Origin: a virus
Lineage: Duplodnaviria > Caudoviricetes
DNA: 64,000 bases
Reading direction: 5' to 3' (one strand)
IMG/VR virus record: IMGVR_UViG_2799112320_000004
Coordinates: 16,908 to 80,907 of that record
Of this stretch, positions 55,004 to 63,659 are shown in pieces. The translations under genes and the position numbers were made by a program. The notes under the pieces are model-generated. The model made no database searches. It was not told the DNA's origin and was given only the letters and a program-made list of their open reading frames with translations. Positions within the stretch are counted from its first letter, which is position 1. Each line of letters begins with the position of its first letter.

Positions 55004-56781
55004 TGCCGCACCTCCCCCCGGTACTCCACGCTGCCGAACGGGATCCCCGAATTCATCTCGTAGAGATTCACGTCCCACATGCCGCTGTTCGAGTTGTGCG
55101 CCCTGCGCTCTGCCTTGATGCGCTCCACGTACGCCTCGCGCGTCTCGCCCGGGAACTTCAGCCAGCGCGTTCCGATGCCGCCCGTGCGCTCCAGCACCTC
55201 GTCCCCCGCGTTGAACATCCAGTCGTCGCGGATCGCCTCGAACTTCCCGGCCTCGATCCTCTTCGGCTTCTTCTCGTCCCCCACGTCCACCTGCTCGCCC
55301 TCCGGGTCTCCCGGACGCATCAGGAAGTACTTGGCGTACATGAGGAACGGCACGTCGCCGCGCCCGCCCTGCTGGTTCTTGATCACGCTCACCCAGATGG
55401 GGCGCAGCCCGCCGTTCTGGAAGATGCTCGCCTGCCCGGCCTCCGCCGCGCGGCTCTCCGCCTCGCCCTCCATGTCGTACTCGTTGAGCTTCTCGAGCTT
55501 CCGGCGCGGGTCGCCGTAGACGAGCTGCGTGGGCGGCTCCTCCTTCCAGTACGCGAGCACGTCCTCGTCCTGCCACAGCACGGCCACCGTGCGCGCGGCG
55601 CGTGCGATCTCGCTGGAGTCGCCCAGGTGGTCCAGGCGCGGCTTCTTCGTGCCCGTCGCGCGGTCCTTCGCGAACTGGTTGGAGAGCTGTACCAGGCACA
55701 CGATGGGAATGCGCAGCTTCTTCGCGAGACGCTTCATCGCGAGCGTCGCCTCCTTCACGAGCACGTACGGCGCGTTCGCGCTCTTCATCTCCGGGTCCAC
55801 GAGCTGCAGGTAGTCCACCACCGCCACCTGCCAGCCGAGCGTCTTCACGCCGCGCGTGATCTCGTACTCGAGCGCGCTCACGGTGTCCGACTCCGTGATC
55901 TTCACCACGTCCTCCTCTGCGAGACGCTTCATCGTCCGCTCGAACTCGTCCACGTAGCCCGGCGCCGCGCCGAAGTCCAGCTTGCTGATAGAGAGCTGCG
56001 CCGCGATCGCGGCGTAGCGCTCGGCGAGCGCGTCGCCCGGCATGTCGATGCACACGAACCCGTGCTTGATTCCCTGCGTGATCCAGTAGAGGCTCATGTT
56101 CGCGGCGATGGTGGTCTTGCCCTGGCTCGGCAGGGCCGCGAAGATGTGGAGCCCCGTCTTGAGGCCCTTGTAGATCATGTTCAGGCAGCTCCACGGGAGC
56201 GGCACGCCCCGGAACGCGCCCCAGTTTTTTTTCACGAACCGCTCCTCGCTCAGCCAGCGCTTCTCCTCGACGAGCTGGTCCACGAAGTCCCCGACGCCCC
56301 GCAGCGGGTCCCCTCCGCCGCGCGTCATCTCCTCGAGCTTCGCGATCTCGGCAGCCGCGTCCGTGATCGCGATCCGCACGTTCTGCGGAGAGAGTCCCTG
56401 GAGCTTCTTCATGCACAGCGCGTGGAACCGACGGTACACCTCGCGGTCGCGCATCGCCTCGAGGAACCACTCCGCGTTGGCCGCCGTCGCCGGCGCGCCG
56501 TCGATGATCGACTGCACCGCGTCCGCGCCGCCCTCGCCCATGGCGTGCGCGAGCAGTGCCGGCTCGAGCGCCCTGCCCTCCTTCACGGCATCCGCCATGG
56601 CCTTCCACAGCTTTTTCGTGGATTCCCTCGTGAACCACTTCTCGTTCACGCCGCTCGCGGCGAACTTGTTGACGAGATGCCGTCCGTACTCGTCGCCGCT
56701 TTCGTCCAGGCTGGCCGCGAACACGCTCCCCAGCAGCCCGACCTCGATGTCCGTCTCGCTCGTTTCCATCACTTCCTCCAC
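55000..56781 (-). CDS. dnaB: Replicative DnaB-like (SF4) helicase
   Basis: AALPSQGKTT, VVDYLQL, LVQLS and KNQQG motifs; N-terminal DnaB domain; follows the initiator gene. Confidence 0.9.
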   Translation of the reverse strand: MEEVMETSETDIEVGLLGSVFAASLDESGDEYGRHLVNKFAASGVNEKWFTRESTKKLWKAMADAVKEGRALEPALLAHAMGEGGADAVQSIIDGAPATAANAEWFLEAMRDREVYRRFHALCMKKLQGLSPQNVRIAITDAAAEIAKLEEMTRGGGDPLRGVGDFVDQLVEEKRWLSEERFVKKNWGAFRGVPLPWSCLNMIYKGLKTGLHIFAALPSQGKTTIAANMSLYWITQGIKHGFVCIDMPGDALAERYAAIAAQLSISKLDFGAAPGYVDEFERTMKRLAEEDVVKITESDTVSALEYEITRGVKTLGWQVAVVDYLQLVDPEMKSANAPYVLVKEATLAMKRLAKKLRIPIVCLVQLSNQFAKDRATGTKKPRLDHLGDSSEIARAARTVAVLWQDEDVLAYWKEEPPTQLVYGDPRRKLEKLNEYDMEGEAESRAAEAGQASIFQNGGLRPIWVSVIKNQQGGRGDVPFLMYAKYFLMRPGDPEGEQVDVGDEKKPKRIEAGKFEAIRDDWMFNAGDEVLERTGGIGTRWLKFPGETREAYVERIKAERRAHNSNSGMWDVNLYEMNSGIPFGSVEYRGEVRQ

Positions 56782-56807
56782 TCCTTACTTTTCAATTTTT
56801 CAACGCT

Positions 56808-57761
56808 TCACAACGACGCGTCGAAGCTGATTTCGTCGCCCTTGGACGGCGCAGGCTTTTTTTTCTGTGGCGGCAGCTTGCGCCAACCGCCGTTGCGGAT
56901 CCACGCGGCGAGCGCCTGGACGAACTGGCCCTTGTCCTCGGCCCAGCCGTCGGTGGCGCACCACGCCTCGTGCGCCGACCTGATCGCGTCCACGGTTTCT
57001 GGTCCCTCGCCCGGCTCCTCCTCCACGGTCGCGGCGATCGCGCGCACCACGGCGCGCTTCCCGCTCTTCGCGTTCGGATGCCGCGCCATCATCGCCTCGG
57101 CCGCCTTCACCACCACGGCCGCCCCGTCCCAGAGTCCCGGCGCGCCGGTTTTTTTTGAAGTAGCAACGCCCCGCGACGCGGTTGGTTGTTCCCCTCGCGT
57201 CGCGGGGGTCGCATCGGTCCCCGCATCACCCTTGGTGCGTTTCGTCCCGTTTCGCTTGGTCGTGCCTGTCCTACGGCCTCCTGTGGTAGGGCCGCCCGTG
57301 GTAGGGCGTGTGGTAACTTTTCCGGTGTGGGCATGAACGTCGGTTTTCGCCGAAGAAGATTTTTCATCCCCCGCTAGGGGGATTATAGGGGGTATATTAC
57401 TATTACCTAACCTTACCTTACCTACTATTCCATGGAATTCCATATTCTCTTTTACGCTCTTGAGGATCGCGTCCTCGACGATATTCGCCTTCTCGCGGCG
57501 CTTCCTCTCGTACTCCTTCTTGGATTCCCGGCTCGCCTTGATTTTCTTGATTCTGGCCGAATTTGCGCCTCTGTACGTGCCCACGAGCGTGCTGGCGAGC
57601 GTGCTCACCACTATGTCGCCCTTTCCGTATTCCATGGAATTCCATAGCACACTTCTTATCAACTGGCCGACCTGCCCGTCCGTCAGCTGCCTGTTTCCGA
57701 TCGCGTCGACCATGCTTTCCGGCAGCACGACGCCCAGTTCCTTGTCCGATTTCTTCTTCAT
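56808..57761 (-). CDS. Phage replication initiator protein
   Basis: Directly upstream of DnaB; central low-complexity ori-type region; C-terminal helical domain ending GQFVQALAAWIRNGGW. Confidence 0.75.
   Translation of the reverse strand: MKKKSDKELGVVLPESMVDAIGNRQLTDGQVGQLIRSVLWNSMEYGKGDIVVSTLASTLVGTYRGANSARIKKIKASRESKKEYERKRREKANIVEDAILKSVKENMEFHGIVGKVRLGNSNIPPIIPLAGDEKSSSAKTDVHAHTGKVTTRPTTGGPTTGGRRTGTTKRNGTKRTKGDAGTDATPATRGEQPTASRGVATSKKTGAPGLWDGAAVVVKAAEAMMARHPNAKSGKRAVVRAIAATVEEEPGEGPETVDAIRSAHEAWCATDGWAEDKGQFVQALAAWIRNGGWRKLPPQKKKPAPSKGDEISFDASL
57169..57646. promoter_or_regulatory. Putative phage origin of replication
   Basis: Two exact 19-mers TATTCCATGGAATTCCATA (57426-57444, 57628-57646), an AT-rich ACCTT/ACCTA tract, GTGGTAGGG repeats and a 12-bp inverted repeat (57169-57207). 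Confidence 0.65.
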
Positions 57762-57782
57762 CTTCCTCGCCTTCCTCTCTGC

Positions 57783-58139
57783 CTATTCCTCTCTCGTCCT
57801 TCCTTCCGGCACCTTCTTGCCCTCCAGGTAGATGGCCATTCCCCTGTCCAGCGCAAGCATCAGCTCCCGTCTCGTCCCGGCCGACCGCTCCCACCCCTGG
57901 AGGAGGTAGATTGCGTCGCACTTCGCGAGCGCCGCGAGCTCCTCCTCGATCACCGTGTCCAGCAGGCCCGGCATCGTGACGATGGCGTTCTGATTCCCGA
58001 ACGCGTCTGCGATCTCGACCGGGTTCTCGACCGTCCATCCCTTTGCACGCAACACCTTCGCCGCCTGGCCGAACTGCGGCCGGTTCCACTGCGCCACGCC
58101 GGTCATCGGCCCCGCGACGTATATTCTCCTTCCCGTCAT
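57783..58139 (-). CDS. DUF4406-like (nucleoside deoxyribosyltransferase-fold) protein
   Basis: RIYVAGPMTG...NRPQF...VENP...LAKCDAIYLLQGWERSAGTRRE. Confidence 0.85.
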   Translation of the reverse strand: MTGRRIYVAGPMTGVAQWNRPQFGQAAKVLRAKGWTVENPVEIADAFGNQNAIVTMPGLLDTVIEEELAALAKCDAIYLLQGWERSAGTRRELMLALDRGMAIYLEGKKVPEGRTREE

Positions 58140-58432
58140 TTCATCTGCCCCACAAGCCACTCCGTGAATTGCTGACACTCTTTCGCCTGCTTGTAGTTTC
58201 CCTCGATCGCCCTTCTCTCCGCTTCTGGCGTGCTGGCGTCCTCAAGCTTCATCTTGTACCATCTGATTCCCACGCTGACGTGGAAATGCACGTCCTTGAG
58301 CAACGCGGCCAGTCTCTTCGGCGGCACCTCGCCAAGTTCCAGCTTCATGGCCCTGTCGCGCAACGCTTCGTACCTCCTGTGGAGGTCGTCCAGCTTGCGG
58401 ATGTACATTTTCTCCTTGTCGATCGTCAGCAT
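58136..58432 (-). CDS. Hypothetical coiled-coil protein
   Basis: AGGAAGAG RBS; overlap-coupled to neighbours. Confidence 0.6.
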   Translation of the reverse strand: MLTIDKEKMYIRKLDDLHRRYEALRDRAMKLELGEVPPKRLAALLKDVHFHVSVGIRWYKMKLEDASTPEAERRAIEGNYKQAKECQQFTEWLVGQMK

Positions 58433-58674
58433 ATCTCTTCCTTTCTCGCGATCAGTTCCGCCGTCCTGAAGACGGCATCTACAATCCTCGGTGAAATGAG
58501 TTCCTTCGTCTCGCGGTCGCGGAACTTCGCCGCGCCGACATACTCCAACCTCGCCACGTTGCCCACCGACTCGATGATCTCCGCCGCCACGCGTACGTCC
58601 GTCTCCGCCTCGCCGTCCTTCATGCCTGCGGCTATTCCCCGCAGCCTTTCCGCCAATTCCTTCAGCGCGCTCAT
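58426..58674 (-). CDS. Hypothetical protein
   Basis: GGAGG RBS; ATGA overlap. Confidence 0.6.
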   Translation of the reverse strand: MSALKELAERLRGIAAGMKDGEAETDVRVAAEIIESVGNVARLEYVGAAKFRDRETKELISPRIVDAVFRTAELIARKEEIC

Positions 58675-58886
58675 TTCGCCGCCTCCAGCACGTCTCCATG
58701 TCCGCCGACCCCCGAGTACCTTGGATCGCACTCTCGGTAGCGCCTTTTGATCTTCTGCCGGCACCTTTCGCAGTAGGAATGCAACACATAGGCGTCCTCC
58801 GCAGCCGATATCTTGTACACCCTCGGCCTCACCGTCTGCTCGAACTCCTTCCTGCACCCGCGGCATTTTCTGACCACCTTGTTCAT
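58671..58886 (-). CDS. Small zinc-ribbon protein
   Basis: CRGC ... CERC. Confidence 0.65.
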   Translation of the reverse strand: MNKVVRKCRGCRKEFEQTVRPRVYKISAAEDAYVLHSYCERCRQKIKRRYRECDPRYSGVGGHGDVLEAAK

Positions 58887-59095
58887 AACCCTAGCTCTCC
58901 CTGCTTCGGCCTCTGCGCGCCGTTCCGCAATGCGTACGCGGCGTCCTCCACCGCCTCGTCGAACGCCGCCTCGGCCTTCTTCGACTCCGCAAGCGCCACC
59001 TGCGACCTCGACTTGAAGTATTCCTTCTGCAAGGCCCTCATCCGCCGTCCCTTCTCCAGCGCATTGTTCACGATAGACTTTACCTCTTCTTTCAC
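58883..59095 (-). CDS. Hypothetical protein
   Basis: AGGAGAGG RBS; GTGA overlap. Confidence 0.6.
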   Translation of the reverse strand: MKEEVKSIVNNALEKGRRMRALQKEYFKSRSQVALAESKKAEAAFDEAVEDAAYALRNGAQRPKQGELGL

Positions 59096-59637
59096 TTCGC
59101 CTCTCCTTCCTCCTCCACGCGCGCTGCGTACCAGTCGGCGCAGCACGTCGCGATCACCTGCTGGCCATGCCAGCGGAGCGCGTTGTCGAACTCCTTGTCG
59201 GTGTACTCCTTCCCGACGCCGTACATGCCCATGTGGTAGGTTATCGCCACGATCTCCTCGCGCTCCAGCTTGATGCCGATCTCCGACGCGATCGCGGCCG
59301 AGCAGGCGCCGTGCCCCGGATAGACCGGCTGGATGTACTCCCATTCCGGCTTGCCGTCCGTCTCGCCCTTCAGCCTGTAGCACCTGCACTTCACCAGGTC
59401 GTGCAGCATGCCCACCAGGTACGGCGACTCCTCGCGCGGCCATCTCACGTTCAACGCCTTGGTCAACTCGACGAGCCTTTCCGTCACGTTCACGCTGTGC
59501 TTCGCGAGCCCGCCATACCCGCTCAGGTGGTGTCCCTTGCTCGCCGGCTGGCCGAAGTAGCCCAGCTCATTCAGCCTCATCCACTGCCATTGATCTATTC
59601 CGGCCTTGCTCAGATATTCCTCAATTACCACTATCAC
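59092..59637 (-). CDS. HD-domain phosphohydrolase
   Basis: PAS..HH....GGL..HS.NV, LHDLVK, GHG..S, HMG and final AD. Confidence 0.85.
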   Translation of the reverse strand: MIVVIEEYLSKAGIDQWQWMRLNELGYFGQPASKGHHLSGYGGLAKHSVNVTERLVELTKALNVRWPREESPYLVGMLHDLVKCRCYRLKGETDGKPEWEYIQPVYPGHGACSAAIASEIGIKLEREEIVAITYHMGMYGVGKEYTDKEFDNALRWHGQQVIATCCADWYAARVEEEGEAK

Positions 59638-61022
59638 GCCGCACCTCCTTCCTTTCTTGGCAGGTCCGCCGCGCACATGGCCTTTGCCGTGCGCACGGGG
59701 ACCGAGTTTCCGATCTGCTTCACCTTCTGGCTCCTGTTGCCGGTGATGATGTAGTCCTTCGGGAAGCTGTGCGCGGCTGCCAGCTCGTCCGGTCGCAGCA
59801 TCCGCATCCTGATGTCGATGATTCGCCCGTCCGCCAGCTGCGGGAAGATGCCCCGTATCGCTCCTCCGCACGCGATCGTCGGACACGGCTCGCTGATCGG
59901 CCGACATGCCGCGCCTCCCTGCTGGCCGAGCACGAGAGGGGTACATAGTGCCGTCCGGTTTCCTCCTGCTGTCTGCTTCGGCATCGGTTCTCCAAGCGAA
60001 TGGATCCGTTGACTGTCACCATCGTTAGATCCAAGCATGTCCATCACGAACGGCTGGACGATGCTGAACCTGTCATGCGTCGTCTGTGCGCCGATGGGTC
60101 TGCTGCCGTCCTGTACTTCTCCGCCCTTGAAGTGGTCGAGCACGATTGGGGTGCAAAGCGCGTGGTGTTCTTTTACCGTGATACACGATATTGGTTCGTC
60201 AATACTCTCCGCGTCGCAGTTCCTGTTGAACCGCACGATGAACGGCTTCAAGTCTATTCCCCAGTACCGCTTCGCTCCTGCGGCGATTCGCCGCATGGTG
60301 TTCTGCGCAAGCGGGTTCTTTCTGTTGAAGATGCTCGTGCCCGTGTCCGTGAGATCGAGGCATTCCCTTATTCCCCGCCACCTCTTCGGCGTCCGGCCCC
60401 AGAGGTCGGTCTGCGGGTGTTCCGCGTGCGTCGGCTCCGGCCAGCGGATTTTCCCGCATCCCCGTCTCACCGCCTTGAGGAAGAACCTGCGCCTGCTCGT
60501 CGCGTCGCCGAAGTCGGCGCAGTTGACGATACGCCACTCCACCATGTAGTTCCGTGCCACCAGTCCTCCTACCCATGCTCTGAAGCATTCGCCCTTCAGG
60601 CGCTCTATCGGCATGCCGTTTCTGTCAAGCGGTCCCCAGTCCGTGAACTCGGGCACGTTTTCCACGGATATGGACGGTATGAAGTGCTCGTCGATCCATC
60701 TGGTGATGATGTCCGGCTGGCTTCGCAGCTGGTTGCTTCTGGGGCGTCCGCCCTTCGCCCTGCTGTGATGCGTGCACGACGGGCTTGCGTGGAGATGATC
60801 TATCCTCCACTCCGGCACAACTTCCGATGGCACAGCCACATCAAGGTCCATCTCAAGCGTGGTCACGTCCGCATGGTTGGCCCGCATGGTTGCGACGGCG
60901 AACGGCGAATGGTTGATGGCGTAGCCCTTGTGCCTTATTCCGGCGCATTCAAGCGCCTCGCACATTCCTGTGGCCATGCCTCCGCATCCGCTGAACAAGT
61001 CTACCCAGATGTACATCGTCAT
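59634..61022 (-). CDS. Orphan C5-cytosine DNA methyltransferase
   Basis: DLFSGCGG (I), SPSC (IV variant), ENVPEF (VI), RRRFF (VIII), QIGNSV (X); no partner REase seen. Confidence 0.9.
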   Translation of the reverse strand: MTMYIWVDLFSGCGGMATGMCEALECAGIRHKGYAINHSPFAVATMRANHADVTTLEMDLDVAVPSEVVPEWRIDHLHASPSCTHHSRAKGGRPRSNQLRSQPDIITRWIDEHFIPSISVENVPEFTDWGPLDRNGMPIERLKGECFRAWVGGLVARNYMVEWRIVNCADFGDATSRRRFFLKAVRRGCGKIRWPEPTHAEHPQTDLWGRTPKRWRGIRECLDLTDTGTSIFNRKNPLAQNTMRRIAAGAKRYWGIDLKPFIVRFNRNCDAESIDEPISCITVKEHHALCTPIVLDHFKGGEVQDGSRPIGAQTTHDRFSIVQPFVMDMLGSNDGDSQRIHSLGEPMPKQTAGGNRTALCTPLVLGQQGGAACRPISEPCPTIACGGAIRGIFPQLADGRIIDIRMRMLRPDELAAAHSFPKDYIITGNRSQKVKQIGNSVPVRTAKAMCAADLPRKEGGAA

Positions 61023-61372
61023 TCCTCAACTATCACTCTCTCGCCGATCAGCAGCGCGTATCGCGCTTTCTGGAACTCGCCCAGCTCCTTGTGCTGCACT
61101 GGCACGTCTGCGCCCCTGTACGTGAATACCACGTCCTCGCCTCTCCCTGCGATGAACCACATGCGCGGCGAGAACCTTCCGTAGCCGTTTTGGAACTCCA
61201 GCACCGGCGTCTTACCTTTCATCCGATTCGCCCAATTATTGATGCGAACATTCCAATATGGCGACGCCTCCCGGAACTCCACTTTCTTCACGCCGCTTTC
61301 GATCATCCGATACCAGTAGTGCTTCAAACCGAGATGCAGCACGGCACACTCGCTTCTCTTCAGCTTCTTCAT
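61019..61372 (-). CDS. ASCH-domain protein
   Basis: LHLGLK..W...IESGVKKVEFRE...YW..R; F.NGY. Confidence 0.8.
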   Translation of the reverse strand: MKKLKRSECAVLHLGLKHYWYRMIESGVKKVEFREASPYWNVRINNWANRMKGKTPVLEFQNGYGRFSPRMWFIAGRGEDVVFTYRGADVPVQHKELGEFQKARYALLIGERVIVEE

Positions 61373-61680
61373 TCAGATACTCCTTCTCCGTGTTCGCTCG
61401 GATCAATCTCATCTAGCATGGCCAGCACTTCGTCTCGCGTGTATTTTTTCGTGTTCTTTTGTTCGCGCAACCGCTGGTCTATCTCGATCAATTTTTCGCA
61501 CATTTCCTCCATCTTTTTGTCCCATATTTCCGCTGGGTTTTCCTTGATCGGCTCCACCGTTACTTCTCTGTAGAGTATTTTACCTGCAATCTCTTGAAGC
61601 TCTTCTCTTTGGGCCTCTATTATAATTCCGCACTTGACGCCATTCGCCGTCCGCAGGTCGCCTATTTCTATCACTGTCAT
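61369..61680 (-). CDS. Hypothetical low-GC protein
   Basis: Overlap-coupled ORF on the operon strand. Confidence 0.55.
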   Translation of the reverse strand: MTVIEIGDLRTANGVKCGIIIEAQREELQEIAGKILYREVTVEPIKENPAEIWDKKMEEMCEKLIEIDQRLREQKNTKKYTRDEVLAMLDEIDPSEHGEGVSE

Positions 61681-61681
61681 C

Positions 61682-62347
61682 TTACCACGCCTCCTTGTTC
61701 AAGCTTTCCTTCATCACCAGTCGGCCGCCTTCCATCCGGCAGTCGAACACCTGGCCGATCTCGATCCGATGCGAATCACGCACCCGGCACACGACCTGCT
61801 CCACCGACGCCAGCGGCTCCACCGTGGCCATCTGCCGGTTCGGATGCCTTCGCTTCATCTCCACCGTCACGATGCCGTCATCCCGCTCGATCCGCTTCAG
61901 TCCGTTCCGTTCCGCCCATTCCGACCACTCAGCCTCACTCACACCTTTGATCTGACGGATCCACTTGCCCGTCATGCCTACGTGCATGCCCACGACATCC
62001 CACTCCTCGCCCCTTGTCCATGGCAGACGGCTCTCTGCCAGCTTCTTTCTCCGCCACCCGACCACCCGGCACACGTCGGTGTCGTCGTAGATTTCCGGCC
62101 ACCAGCCGATTTGCAGCGGCGCCATCTCGACCGTGCGCAGCAACCGCCCTCGCCAACTCTCTGCCGCCCCTGATGGCGGCTGCGCCGCCGGGGCTTTTTT
62201 TTGAGCCGCTTGCGCGGCCTCTCCCTGCGCCGCGCCTTCCGCGCTCATGTTCTTGCGCTCTTCCTTCGGCGCGCTCCCAGGACTGTTTTTCGCGCCCTCT
62301 TTCACGCCGATCTTCTCCTTCAGCTTGTCCGTGAACCTTTTGGCCAT
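61682..62347 (-). CDS. Hypothetical protein
   Basis: Operon strand; disordered N-terminus and Trp-rich folded C-terminus. Confidence 0.6.
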   Translation of the reverse strand: MAKRFTDKLKEKIGVKEGAKNSPGSAPKEERKNMSAEGAAQGEAAQAAQKKAPAAQPPSGAAESWRGRLLRTVEMAPLQIGWWPEIYDDTDVCRVVGWRRKKLAESRLPWTRGEEWDVVGMHVGMTGKWIRQIKGVSEAEWSEWAERNGLKRIERDDGIVTVEMKRRHPNRQMATVEPLASVEQVVCRVRDSHRIEIGQVFDCRMEGGRLVMKESLNKEAW

Positions 62348-62376
62348 AATCCTTGCCTCGCTTCCTTGAATCAATT

Positions 62377-63204
62377 TTACTTCTCCCCCGGCGCTGTTGG
62401 TGGGGTGGGGGTCCCCCCCTCCCCGTGGGGGGGCTCAGTCGCGGTGGAGGGGGTGGCGAACGGCGGCTCCGCCGACGATTCTGCCGTTGTTTTGTCAACG
62501 GATTTGGCAACGAATAGCGAATTTCCCTTTGTTTTCTGCATACCTTCGCTCTGTAGCACAGACTCCGCAGCCGGATTCTCGACGGCTCCTGGCATCGTCG
62601 CGGCGGTCAGCTCGGCGTTCGCGGCGCTCGGCTCGCCGGTTGATTCATCGCCATGCGGCGCGGGATTTTTTTCTCGCCAGAACCCATCGGCAGACTGCTC
62701 GTAGACCTCGATGTAGTCATCGGTCGCCTTATCTTCCCTACCTTCCGTTTTCGGCTTTTCCTCTTCCGATCCTCCATCTTCCTTGCCAGTCAATGCCTTG
62801 AGCGCGTTCGTGAGCCCGACGATTCCCGCTTTCCTCACTGCTTTAGGATCGTCCAGCAGTTTCTGGAGTTCCGAGACGGTTCTAAGCGCAACGCTCGCAG
62901 ACTTGGCCCTAATCCTCGCCTTAACAGACGAAAAACCCCGCGCGGCGCATTCCGTCTCGACGAGCGCGTGCATTGTCTGCGGTGAGATTTGAAGGATGTC
63001 GCAGATAGATTCCGCTGAGCGGTTTTTCTCGAAAAAGGCCCGCGCGGCCAGGGCGTACTTTCCCGGATAGCGGACGCGCAGCATCTCGCCCGTGAACTCC
63101 TTGTGCCGGATGTCCGCGCCGATGTCTGCGAGGTCCTGCTCGGCCCTCGACACGATCTCCAGCTCGAAACCCGGCAACGCCTGTTCTGTGCTCTCTACCG
63201 GCAT
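62377..63204 (-). CDS. HTH-containing protein, possible terminase small subunit
   Basis: RSAESICDILQISPQTM HTH-like segment, helical middle, long acidic/Pro tail. Confidence 0.45.
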   Translation of the reverse strand: MPVESTEQALPGFELEIVSRAEQDLADIGADIRHKEFTGEMLRVRYPGKYALAARAFFEKNRSAESICDILQISPQTMHALVETECAARGFSSVKARIRAKSASVALRTVSELQKLLDDPKAVRKAGIVGLTNALKALTGKEDGGSEEEKPKTEGREDKATDDYIEVYEQSADGFWREKNPAPHGDESTGEPSAANAELTAATMPGAVENPAAESVLQSEGMQKTKGNSLFVAKSVDKTTAESSAEPPFATPSTATEPPHGEGGTPTPPTAPGEK

Positions 63205-63446
63205 GCGGCCAGTTCCTCCTCGCGGTCCAGCCACGACGTAATCGAACGGCGGCGTATCTTCCTGCGCTTGCCCGGCAGAAAAGCGAGTCCGCGATCTCCG
63301 TGCGTCTGTGCGTACAAGTCCATGGCTCGCGTGATTTCCCTGTCGCCGATGCGCAGGATGATGCTCACTTCCTGAACGCTCAAAATCTCGTCCGGGTCGC
63401 CGCTGAACTCGCGGCGCCTCTTCTCCTGTACCGCTTCTGCTTCCAT
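63195..63446 (-). CDS. Excisionase/MerR-like HTH protein
   Basis: EILSVQEVSIILRIG...L.....KIRRRSITSWL. Confidence 0.7.
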   Translation of the reverse strand: MEAEAVQEKRRREFSGDPDEILSVQEVSIILRIGDREITRAMDLYAQTHGDRGLAFLPGKRRKIRRRSITSWLDREEELAACR

Positions 63447-63448
63447 GA

Positions 63449-63658
63449 CTACCTCCAGATGATCCTTTCCAAAACCCTCGACGCGATATGCGCGAACGGC
63501 GTGGCCAGTCCGACGCCCACGGCCAGCACGAGTACCGGCTGCAGGAATCCTTTCCACAACGCGGGCGCGATCACGGATGTTCCGTGCGCCACGCAATCGA
63601 CCGTTCGCCGCCAAGCGTGGTAGACGCGGTGTTCACTGATTTTGTAGTTTCGTCTCAT
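63449..63658 (-). CDS. Small membrane protein
   Basis: Hydrophobic VLVLAVGVGLATPFA segment; tight coupling. Confidence 0.5.
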   Translation of the reverse strand: MRRNYKISEHRVYHAWRRTVDCVAHGTSVIAPALWKGFLQPVLVLAVGVGLATPFAHIASRVLERIIWR

Positions 63659-63659
63659 G

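Noticed and set aside
57137-57156. Hairpin plus T8 as a terminator of the initiator gene
   Set aside because: The U-tract is on the antisense strand; kept only within the A8-tract finding
58136-59095. Small early ORFs as anti-CRISPR or anti-defence proteins
   Set aside because: No aca gene or recognisable motif; size and position alone are not evidence
59092-59637. HD protein as DatZ of a Z-genome pathway
   Set aside because: No PurZ, MazZ or phage polymerase is visible; the motifs fit generic phage HD hydrolases
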